DNA of 42,070 nucleotides from Candidatus Parcubacteria bacterium (GTDB lineage Bacteria; Patescibacteriota; Minisyncoccia; Phycocordibacterales; CALRHW01): positions 1-42,070 of the forward strand of contig SICJ01000002.1 of assembly GCA_009691505.1 (NCBI GenBank). Reading direction: 5' to 3'. The translations under genes and the position numbers were made by a program. Positions 7,653 through 15,092 of this stretch are shown in pieces (positions within the stretch are counted from its first letter, which is position 1; each line of letters opens with the position of its first letter). The notes beneath the pieces are model-generated. The model was not told the DNA's origin. It was given only the letters and a program-made list of their open reading frames with translations, and did not search any database.

Positions 7653-8666
7653 ATGTCATTTTTCTCAAAAAAACTCGGTATTGATTTGGGAACCACAAGC
7701 ACCCTTGTGTATGTGCCTGGAAAGGGAATTGTCCTAAACGAGCCTTCTGTCGTTGCTATTTCTGAAGAAGACAACAGAATCCTCGCTATTGGTCTTGAAG
7801 CAAAAAATATGATCGGTCGCACACCTGAGAGCATTATTGCTTATCGTCCGATGAAAGACGGAGTCATTGCAGATTATCGTGTGACAGAAGCAATGCTTCG
7901 TTATTATATAAACAAAGCGCTCGGCAAGTGGAATTTATCAAAGCCAGAAGTGCTGGTGTCTGTGCCCGCAGGAGTCACATCCACAGAACGTCGTGCGGTC
8001 GTGGAGGCCGCTATTCGTGCAGGTGCAAAAAATGCTTATGTTGTAAAAGAACCGATTCTTGCAGCGATTGGTGCAGGGATTCCTATCCAAGAAGCGATGG
8101 GACACATGGTAGTAGATATTGGCGGAGGTACGACAGACGTCGCTGTTATTTCTCTTGGAGGAATTGTCGCAGCGACTTCTGTAAAATGTGCAGGTAATAA
8201 AATTGATTATGCGATTACTGATTACATTAAAAAACAATTCAATCTAGGTATAGGCGACAAAACCGCTGAAGATATAAAAATAAAAGTGGGCTCTGCTATT
8301 CCACTTGATGAAGAGCTTGCGGTGACGATAAAAGGACGAGATTTTGTGACAGGTCTTCCTCGTTCAATTGAAATTAAAACCAACGAAATAGTAAAAGCTA
8401 TCAACAAAGAACTTCGCGAAATCGTAAAAGCAATTAAAGATGTATTTCAAGATACTCCACCAGAGCTTGCGTCAGATATTATAGATAATGGAATTATTAT
8501 GACAGGTGGTTCATCACAGCTTCGTAACCTTCCAGATCTTGTTTATCGTCGCACAGGTGTAAAAGCCGTCCTTGCAGAAGACGCATTGTATTGTGTAGTG
8601 AAAGGGACAGGAATTGCCCTAGAGCATCTAGATGTATACAAAAAGAGTATTATTGCTAAGAGGTAG
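7653..8666 (+). CDS. mreB: Rod shape-determining protein MreB (paralog 1)
   Basis: Actin-fold motifs GIDLGT, VVDIGGGTTD and MTGGSS. I placed the start at the second ATG (MSFFSKKLGIDLGT); the ORF opens at 7641. Confidence 0.9.
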   Translation: MSFFSKKLGIDLGTTSTLVYVPGKGIVLNEPSVVAISEEDNRILAIGLEAKNMIGRTPESIIAYRPMKDGVIADYRVTEAMLRYYINKALGKWNLSKPEVLVSVPAGVTSTERRAVVEAAIRAGAKNAYVVKEPILAAIGAGIPIQEAMGHMVVDIGGGTTDVAVISLGGIVAATSVKCAGNKIDYAITDYIKKQFNLGIGDKTAEDIKIKVGSAIPLDEELAVTIKGRDFVTGLPRSIEIKTNEIVKAINKELREIVKAIKDVFQDTPPELASDIIDNGIIMTGGSSQLRNLPDLVYRRTGVKAVLAEDALYCVVKGTGIALEHLDVYKKSIIAKR

Positions 8667-8674
8667 AGTGGTGG

Positions 8675-8701
8675 TTGACAAATTTATTTTATTGGTATAG
8701 T
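8675..8701 (+). promoter_or_regulatory. Promoter of the unclassified RNA (TTGACA ... TGgTATAGT)
   Basis: TTGACA at 8675-8680 and the extended -10 TGgTATAGT at 8693-8701, directly after the mreB stop. Confidence 0.55.
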
Positions 8702-8707
8702 ATGTAA

Positions 8708-8997
8708 TAGACTGATCTTTTTTACTCGGAGTAGTGAAAGGTGGCGGTATTGCTATCCGACCTCACTTTACTGAATAGTCTGTGTTTTCAGAGTCTGCGT
8801 CTCATCGCATAGATTTTGACACAGACACTCGGTACTGAGACTCTACTCTCTGAAGCACAAGGAAAGGTTGTCGCCTGAAGATTGCCCATATGTGACCGCG
8901 AAACACCCCCTGTGCGCCGATCAGCCCCCCCCAGCCATTGTGCCATATACTCTTTGTCGGAAAAGAGATGGAAACACAACGGTGGGGGTTTTTCTTT
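8708..8997 (+). ncRNA. Unclassified structured RNA candidate, about 290 nt
   Basis: No plausible ORF. Visibly less AT-rich than the flanks. Helices: AGTGA-GGT-CGG/CCG-ACC-TCACT (8733-8767), TTCAGAG/CTCTGAA or AGAGTCT/AGACTCT (8787-8854) and GTCTG/CAGAC. The terminal long hairpin (about 8927-8988) is followed by TTTTTCTTT. Confidence 0.55.
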
Positions 8998-9016
8998 GGT
9001 GTATAATATTTAAATA

Positions 9017-9778
9017 ATGGAAGATCTCGCTCAAGTTTATAAAAAAACATCCAGTCTCCATCACGCTTATGTGATTGAGGGAAATCAAAAAAAAGATTTT
9101 GCAGGTCTGCTTTCGTTTTTGGAAAAAAGTGTTGGGTTTAAAACTCATGGTAATCTAGATTTTTATCACGAAAGTTTTGATTCTTTTGGTATTGATGAGG
9201 CTCGCAGGATTAAAGAGATGCAACAAAAAAAGCCTTTTACAGAAGGTGGAAAAAAAGTTTTTATTCTTTCTTTTAATTTTATTACGCGCGAGGCGCAAAA
9301 CTCACTTCTGAAAGTTTTTGAAGAACCTACTTCTGGAACACATTTTTTTCTTCTTGTGCCGTCAGCAGAAATTTTTCTGCCAACGGTACGTTCTAGAGTG
9401 GTGATTTTATCGCAAAAATATTCTGTTGAGGGAAGACATGGGAGTGATGGCGGGAGCGGGAGCAGGGAAATTGCCTACGGCAATTTCCCTGCCGACTTCT
9501 GCAAAAATTTTCTCAAAAGCTCGCCTAAAGTGCGCCTTGAAATGTTTGCAGAAATTATTGAAGAAAAAGATAAGGCACGCGTGATAAGTTTTTTAAATAA
9601 TTTGGAATCGCTACTTTTTCAAAAATGGAATAAAAATTTAAGCGTCGAAAAAACCACCGACAAAGCGGAAATTTTTAAACAGATTATCACTTGTAGAAAT
9701 TATCTTCACGACCGCGCGCCGAGCGTAAAAATGATTTTAGAACACATCACACTTGTTACTCCAGTTGTAATAAGTTAA
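9017..9778 (+). CDS. holB: DNA polymerase III delta' subunit (HolB-like), short form
   Basis: HHAYVIEG at the N-terminus and FNFITREAQNSLLKVFEEPTSGTHFFLL (the sensor/SRC region of clamp-loader subunits). Confidence 0.8.
   Translation: MEDLAQVYKKTSSLHHAYVIEGNQKKDFAGLLSFLEKSVGFKTHGNLDFYHESFDSFGIDEARRIKEMQQKKPFTEGGKKVFILSFNFITREAQNSLLKVFEEPTSGTHFFLLVPSAEIFLPTVRSRVVILSQKYSVEGRHGSDGGSGSREIAYGNFPADFCKNFLKSSPKVRLEMFAEIIEEKDKARVISFLNNLESLLFQKWNKNLSVEKTTDKAEIFKQIITCRNYLHDRAPSVKMILEHITLVTPVVIS
9462..9492. repeat. Perfect 14-bp stem with a 3-nt loop inside the holB coding sequence
   Basis: GCAGGGAAATTGCC-tac-GGCAATTTCCCTGC. It encodes ...SREIAYGNFPA... within a Gly/Ser-rich insertion and is preceded by the GGGAGC GGGAGC tandem. 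Confidence 0.9.
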
Positions 9779-9802
9779 AATCAAACAATAAACAAATAAA
9801 AT

Positions 9803-10354
9803 ATGGCATATAATTTTGCACCATTTAAACAAAGTATAAAAGATTTAGAAGATTGGCTAAAAAAAGAGTTTAGTTCTATCCGCACAGGTCGTGCGACCCC
9901 TGCTATTTTGGATGGTGTTTTTATGGAATCTTATGGCACCAAAATGCCAATAAGTCAGGTGGGGAGCGTCGCGATTGAGGGAGCGAGAAGTCTACGCATT
10001 GCTCCTTGGGACTCTTCTCAAATAAAAGGCATAGAAAAAGCTATTATTACCTCAAATTTAGGGCTTTCTGTGGCGGTAGACGATAGAGGTTTGCGTATTA
10101 CTTTTCCCGAGCTTACCACTGAAAGTCGTAATACTTTTATAAAAATAGCAAAACAAAAACTTGAAGAATCGCGCGTTACACTGCGGGCCGAGCGTGACAA
10201 AGTTTGGAATGATATTCAAGCACATGAAAAAGAAGGAGGAATGGGTGAGGATGAAAAATTTCGTCTAAAAGATGAAATGCAAAAAATTGTAGATGAAGCG
10301 GGTGGCAAGCTAGAGGCGCTCGCTATCGCAAAAGAGAAAGAGATGATGAGCTAA
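9803..10354 (+). CDS. frr: Ribosome recycling factor
   Basis: Full-length match to the RRF pattern (FSSIRTGRATPAILD..., C-terminal coiled coil). Confidence 0.93.
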   Translation: MAYNFAPFKQSIKDLEDWLKKEFSSIRTGRATPAILDGVFMESYGTKMPISQVGSVAIEGARSLRIAPWDSSQIKGIEKAIITSNLGLSVAVDDRGLRITFPELTTESRNTFIKIAKQKLEESRVTLRAERDKVWNDIQAHEKEGGMGEDEKFRLKDEMQKIVDEAGGKLEALAIAKEKEMMS

Positions 10355-10390
10355 TAAATGTGGCGCAGCTACGCGCGCTACCCATAAAAA

Positions 10391-11488
10391 ATGTCCATAA
10401 TAATTTTCATAATAATTTTAGCAGTTTTGATTCTCGTCCATGAGTTTGGGCATTTTATCGTGGCTGTAAAATCGGGGATTAAGGTAAGTGAGTTTGGGAT
10501 TGGTTTTCCCCCTCGCTTAAAAAAACTTTTTAGATGGAAAGAAACAGATTTTACTTTAAACGCTATCCCTTTCGGCGGTTTTGTAAAAATTTTCGGCGAA
10601 AATCCTAACGAAGAATCTATTTCTGGTCCAGATAGTGCGCGGAGTTTTGTAAATAAATCAAAATGGATTCAATCGCTCGTGCTCGTGGCGGGCGTGAGTT
10701 TTAATATTATTTTTGCTTGGCTCCTCATTTCGGCTGGATTTATGTCTGGTTTGCCGACTCCTGTAGACTACGGCGGTCCGGGAAAAATAGAAAACGCGCG
10801 AGTAATTATTACCAGCGTTACAAAAGATTCTCCTGCAGAAAAAGCAAATCTAAAAACAGGCGACGCTATTATAAGTATTGCATCAGGAAAAAATACTCTG
10901 TTTGCGCCTCTTTCCCCAGAAAATGTTTCTGAGTTTATTAAAAATAGTGGTGACGAAAAAATAGACATAGTTTATACGAGAGGAGAAACCGAGCTTCGTT
11001 CTAGTGTGTTGCCTGTCGTCGGAATTGTAGAAAACAAAAAAGCTATCGGTATTTCTATGGATCTCATAGGTATTTTACATTTGCCTTTTTATCAGGCGTT
11101 TTGGGAAGGAGCAAAAACAACAGTCTCTCTTTTGCAAGCCATCGTTGTTGGGCTTTATGGTTTTCTGCGTGACATCGTTTTGGGTCGTGGTGGTTTTTCA
11201 CAAGTGACTGGTCCTGTGGGCATTGTCGGCATGGTGGGGGACGTGTCGCATCTTGGTTTTATTTATCTGCTTTCTTTCACAGCTTTTATTTCGCTAAATC
11301 TTGCGGTGATAAATTTACTTCCATTTCCAGCACTTGACGGCGGACGTTTACTTTTTGTTTTTATTGAAGCGATACGTCGAAAACCCATCAGTGTGCGTGT
11401 GGCCAACACTTGCAACGGCGTCGGTTTTTCTCTACTCATTTTACTTATGGTTGCGGTGACGGTGCATGATGTGATAAAGCTGTTTTAA
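10391..11488 (+). CDS. rseP: RIP metalloprotease RseP (site-2 protease, M50) with PDZ domain
   Basis: HEFGHF zinc motif in TM1, a central PDZ-like segment, and the C-terminal NLLPFPALDGG motif. Confidence 0.9.
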   Translation: MSIIIFIIILAVLILVHEFGHFIVAVKSGIKVSEFGIGFPPRLKKLFRWKETDFTLNAIPFGGFVKIFGENPNEESISGPDSARSFVNKSKWIQSLVLVAGVSFNIIFAWLLISAGFMSGLPTPVDYGGPGKIENARVIITSVTKDSPAEKANLKTGDAIISIASGKNTLFAPLSPENVSEFIKNSGDEKIDIVYTRGETELRSSVLPVVGIVENKKAIGISMDLIGILHLPFYQAFWEGAKTTVSLLQAIVVGLYGFLRDIVLGRGGFSQVTGPVGIVGMVGDVSHLGFIYLLSFTAFISLNLAVINLLPFPALDGGRLLFVFIEAIRRKPISVRVANTCNGVGFSLLILLMVAVTVHDVIKLF

Positions 11489-11588
11489 ATTTCAAACCCC
11501 TTTCAGGAGATATCGCAATGTATGAACTGGTTACAGAAAATCGTTTCCATTCCTTCTTAAAATATTTTTGACCCGCCCACTCCTTTAA

Positions 11589-11597
11589 TGTTAATAT
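11589..11597 (+). promoter_or_regulatory. Extended -10 (TGtTAATAT), 6 nt before the proS ATG
   Basis: TGtTAATAT, then tcaaga, then ATG. TTGACC lies 18 nt upstream. Confidence 0.5.
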
Positions 11598-11603
11598 TCA
11601 AGA

Positions 11604-12866
11604 ATGTTACAGTCTTCACTTTTTACAAAAACACGAAAAGAAGCCCCAAAAGATGAGGTTTCAAAAAACGCGGATCTCTTGATTCGCGCAGGATTTATTC
11701 ATAAAGAAATGGCGGGCGTTTACTCATATTTACCGCTCGGTTTTCGTGTCCTAGAAAAAATCGCAAATATTGTCCGTGAAGAAATGAATGCTATCGGCGG
11801 ACAAGAAGTATCACTTACAGCCCTGCAAGATAAAAATGTTTGGGAAATAACTGGACGGTGGAATGACGAAATAATTGACGTTTGGTTTAAAACAAATTTA
11901 AAAGCTGGAGGCGAGCTCGGTCTCGCGCCGACTCACGAAGAACCCTTCACGAGTTTGATGAAAAATTTTATACGCTCATATCGTGACCTTCCACTTTATA
12001 CATATCAATTTCAAACAAAATTTAGAAACGAAATTCGTGCAAAAAGCGGAATTTTACGCGGTCGAGAATTTTTGATGAAAGATTTGTATTCGTTTTCAAA
12101 AAACGAAGAAGAGCATACTATATTTTACGAAAAAATGTCAAAAGTTTATCACGATTTTTTTGAAAAAGTGGGTCTTGGTGAACATACATATTTTACACTC
12201 GCATCTGGTGGAAGTTTTAGTAAATATTCACATGAGTTTCAAACCGTCACTTCTGCAGGCGAAGACACTATTTTTGTCTGTGAAAAGTGTAAAATGGCTG
12301 TAAATAAAGAGGTAAGAGAAAAGCAAAAAATGTGTCCACATTGCAAGAATGAAGATTTAACTGAAAAAACCTCAATTGAAGTAGGAAATATTTTTAATCT
12401 AGGTACTCGTTTTTCTGACACGCTTGACCTTACCTATCTTGATGATAAAGGAAAGCCACAACCTGTTTTTATGGGAAGCTACGGCATTGGAATCGGTAGA
12501 GTGATGGGCACAATAGTAGAGGTCCTCGCCGACGAAAAAGGAATCGTCTGGCCAAAATCTGTTGCGCCGTTTCTCGTTCACCTTATATCAGTGGGAGAAA
12601 GTGAAGAAGTAAAAACCGCCTCGCAGGAAATTTATGACGCGTTAAACGCACAAAAAGTAGAAGTGCTTTTTGATGACCGCGACGCTCGTGCGGGAGAAAA
12701 ATTTGCCGACAGCGACCTCATCGGAATACCTTACAGAATTGTAATTAGTGAAAAAACATTAGCCGAAAAATCCGCCGAAATAAAAGTTCGCGCGACAGGA
12801 AAAACAGAGATGCGCCCGCTTGCCGACCTTAAAAAAGACGCTATTGCAGTCCTTGACGTCTTTTAA
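11604..12866 (+). CDS. proS: Proline--tRNA ligase, bacterial type without the INS editing domain
   Basis: Class II motifs (FRNEIRAKSGILRGREFLMKD; GSYGIGIGR) and an anticodon-binding C-terminus. A short CxxC...CxxC segment sits where the INS domain normally is. Confidence 0.88.
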   Translation: MLQSSLFTKTRKEAPKDEVSKNADLLIRAGFIHKEMAGVYSYLPLGFRVLEKIANIVREEMNAIGGQEVSLTALQDKNVWEITGRWNDEIIDVWFKTNLKAGGELGLAPTHEEPFTSLMKNFIRSYRDLPLYTYQFQTKFRNEIRAKSGILRGREFLMKDLYSFSKNEEEHTIFYEKMSKVYHDFFEKVGLGEHTYFTLASGGSFSKYSHEFQTVTSAGEDTIFVCEKCKMAVNKEVREKQKMCPHCKNEDLTEKTSIEVGNIFNLGTRFSDTLDLTYLDDKGKPQPVFMGSYGIGIGRVMGTIVEVLADEKGIVWPKSVAPFLVHLISVGESEEVKTASQEIYDALNAQKVEVLFDDRDARAGEKFADSDLIGIPYRIVISEKTLAEKSAEIKVRATGKTEMRPLADLKKDAIAVLDVF

Positions 12867-12903
12867 TAGAATTATGCCGACTGAAGCTGACAAATGACAA
12901 CCT

Positions 12904-13965
12904 ATGAAAAAACATCTAGAAAAATTTTATGCCCTATTTTCCAATGATATCGGCATTGATCTCGGGACTGCCAACACTCTCGTATATGTAAAGGGTCGCG
13001 GTATTGTTTTAAATGAGCCTTCAGTTGTGGCGATCAATCAAAAAACTGGTCGTGTGGTAGCTATCGGCAATCAAGCAAAACAAATGCTCGGCAGAACACC
13101 CGGACACATCGTTGCGGTGCGTCCTCTCGTAGACGGTGTTATTTCAGATTTTGAAGTAACAGAAGAAATGGTTACTTATCTTTTAAATACCGCTCAAAAA
13201 GATAATAAAAAGTTTTTTGGACCGCGTGTAGTTGTCGGTGTTCCGAGCGGAATCACGAGCGTAGAAATCCGCGCAGTGCGTGACGCGACAAAAAATGCTG
13301 GCGCACGCGAAGTGCATATTATTGAAGAGCCAGTGTCGGCAGCTATTGGTATCAAGCTTCCCGTGATGGATCCAGTGGGGAGTATGATTATAGACATCGG
13401 AGGTGGCACGACAGACATAGCGGTGATTTCCCTCGGTGGTGTCGTGCGTTCAAAAAATGTACGCATCGCTGGTGACAAACTCAACACCGACATCATTTCA
13501 TATATCAGAAGTGAATTTAAAATTTTAATTGGTGAAAAGACGGCTGAAAGTGTAAAAATTGCTATTGGTTCTGTAATACCAGGAAGTGTGCCAATGGAGG
13601 CAGTGATAAAAGGTCGCGATCTTGTGACTGGTTTACCTCGCGAAGTGGTCATTACAGACGCAGATATTCGCGAAGCTATTTCGCAGTCTGTAGATACACT
13701 TGTAGAAGCAGTAAAAGAGGTTTTGGAAACTACACCGCCAGAAATACTTTCGGATGTGATGCATCGTGGCGTGTATCTCGTGGGCGGAGGCGCGCTTATA
13801 AAAGGCTTTCCAGAGCTTTTAAATGAATATATAAAAATCCCTGTTTACGTCGCGGAAGACCCGCTTACCGCAGTCGCGCGAGGCACAGGTATCGTGCTTG
13901 AAGACTTGCAGGCTTTTGCTGAAGTTTTAATTGTAAATGAAGATGACATACCTTCTGCAAAGTAA
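12904..13965 (+). CDS. mreB: Rod shape-determining protein MreB (paralog 2, in the mreBCD-PBP2 operon)
   Basis: GIDLGTANT, IIDIGGGTTD and LVGGGA motifs, followed by mreC. Confidence 0.93.
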   Translation: MKKHLEKFYALFSNDIGIDLGTANTLVYVKGRGIVLNEPSVVAINQKTGRVVAIGNQAKQMLGRTPGHIVAVRPLVDGVISDFEVTEEMVTYLLNTAQKDNKKFFGPRVVVGVPSGITSVEIRAVRDATKNAGAREVHIIEEPVSAAIGIKLPVMDPVGSMIIDIGGGTTDIAVISLGGVVRSKNVRIAGDKLNTDIISYIRSEFKILIGEKTAESVKIAIGSVIPGSVPMEAVIKGRDLVTGLPREVVITDADIREAISQSVDTLVEAVKEVLETTPPEILSDVMHRGVYLVGGGALIKGFPELLNEYIKIPVYVAEDPLTAVARGTGIVLEDLQAFAEVLIVNEDDIPSAK

Positions 13966-14782
13966 AAAAAATTGGCCAAAAAAATATGCACCGCTCATCG
14001 TGGTCGGTGTTTTTATTTTTATTGTCGTCGTGATTACTTTTATTTCGCCATCTTTTTTAGGACGGGTGAGCAACAGCATCGGTTTACCTTTTTGGCACTC
14101 TGGCGGATTTTTATTTGATAAAGTATCAGATTTAAAAGCCTTTACTTCTTCTCGTTTTATATTACTTGAAACAAATAAAAGTCTGCAAGCACAACTAACA
14201 GAAACGCAGATTCGTTTACTCGCTTTTTCTGTAATTGAAAAAGAAAATAGTGATTTAAAAAAAGCGTGGGGAAGGAGCGGTGAAAGTAAAGATGGAAGCG
14301 AAGACGGAAGTGAAGATGGAGGCAAGAACGAAGTAAATAGCATTTTAGCTTATGTGCTTGTAAAACCACCGCAATCTTTTTATGACACACTTATTTTAGA
14401 TGTTGGCCAGGACAAAAATATAAATAAGGGAAGTAAGATTATTGTTGCTAACACTGTCGTTTTGGGAACGATTGACGAAGTATTTGGAAAAACTTCTCGC
14501 GCAAAACTTTTTTCAAGCGCCGATTTAGAGACACTTGCGACAATAGACAGAAATAGTCTCCCCGTGACATTGATAGGAAAAGGCGCAGGAAATTTTGAAA
14601 TCCAAGTTCCTCAAGAAGTAGATATCGTATTTGGCGACACTATTATTTTATCGGGAATAAAACAGGAAATCGTCGCGACAGTTTTTGAAATAGAATCTAT
14701 CCCTTCAAATTCATTTAAAAGAGTGTTTTGTAAGGTTCCAGTAAATATAGACGAGCTACGTTTTGTTTCTATAGCAGATTAA
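13937..14782 (+). CDS. mreC: Rod shape-determining protein MreC
   Basis: N-terminal TM, coiled coil and C-terminal beta-rich domains. Position after mreB. Contains the low-complexity insert GESKDGSEDGSEDGG. Confidence 0.75.
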   Translation: MKMTYLLQSKKNWPKKYAPLIVVGVFIFIVVVITFISPSFLGRVSNSIGLPFWHSGGFLFDKVSDLKAFTSSRFILLETNKSLQAQLTETQIRLLAFSVIEKENSDLKKAWGRSGESKDGSEDGSEDGGKNEVNSILAYVLVKPPQSFYDTLILDVGQDKNINKGSKIIVANTVVLGTIDEVFGKTSRAKLFSSADLETLATIDRNSLPVTLIGKGAGNFEIQVPQEVDIVFGDTIILSGIKQEIVATVFEIESIPSNSFKRVFCKVPVNIDELRFVSIAD

Positions 14783-14817
14783 AAGCAAATTAAAGACAGA
14801 TTTAAAAGTCTAAAAAT

Positions 14818-15072
14818 ATGTTATTTTTACGAATTTTTGTAGACATTGTGATTTTAATAGGTATTTTTCTTTTTCCTGCGTGGATTTTTATTATCTTAAG
14901 TCTAATCGGCGTTTTCTATTTTCATAGATATTATGAAATTCTTCTTGTCGGCTTGATGGTAGATTCTCTTTACAATTCACACATTCTTTTTTCAGGCTTT
15001 TTCTACACCATCACTTCAATTCTCATTTTTTTGATATCATTTGAAATAAAGAAACGGCTCAAGTTTTATTAA
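14818..15072 (+). CDS. Small 3-TM membrane protein in the MreD position
   Basis: Sits between mreC and PBP2 and is hydrophobic. It is much shorter than canonical MreD, so the assignment rests on position only. Confidence 0.4.
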   Translation: MLFLRIFVDIVILIGIFLFPAWIFIILSLIGVFYFHRYYEILLVGLMVDSLYNSHILFSGFFYTITSILIFLISFEIKKRLKFY

Positions 15073-15092
15073 TTTTCTCGCCCAAAACAAAA

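Noticed and set aside
8708-8997. Assignment of the spacer RNA to RNase P, tmRNA, SRP RNA, 6S RNA or a TPP riboswitch
   Set aside because: Isolated similarities exist: GTGAAAGGTGGCGGTA against the RNase P GGGUGAAAGGGUGCGGUAAG segment, a CTGAGA as in TPP, and GGAA loops. But the P4 strands (GAGGAAAGUCC / ACAGAAnCCGGCUUA), the tRNA-like ends of tmRNA, the SRP GGAAGCAGC motif and the TPP pyrimidine-sensor helix are absent or in the wrong order. I left it unclassified.
8788-9148. Three overlapping minus-strand ORFs (63, 82 and 75 aa) in the mreB/holB spacer
   Set aside because: They overlap each other and the holB start. They lie in a less AT-rich, structured segment where stop codons are simply rare, and they have no start context or motif.
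14275-14335. Purine-rich imperfect repeats in mreC encoding GESKDGSEDGSEDGG
   Set aside because: This is a low-complexity acidic linker with no palindrome or flanking repeats. It is probably slippage-derived and not a discrete element.
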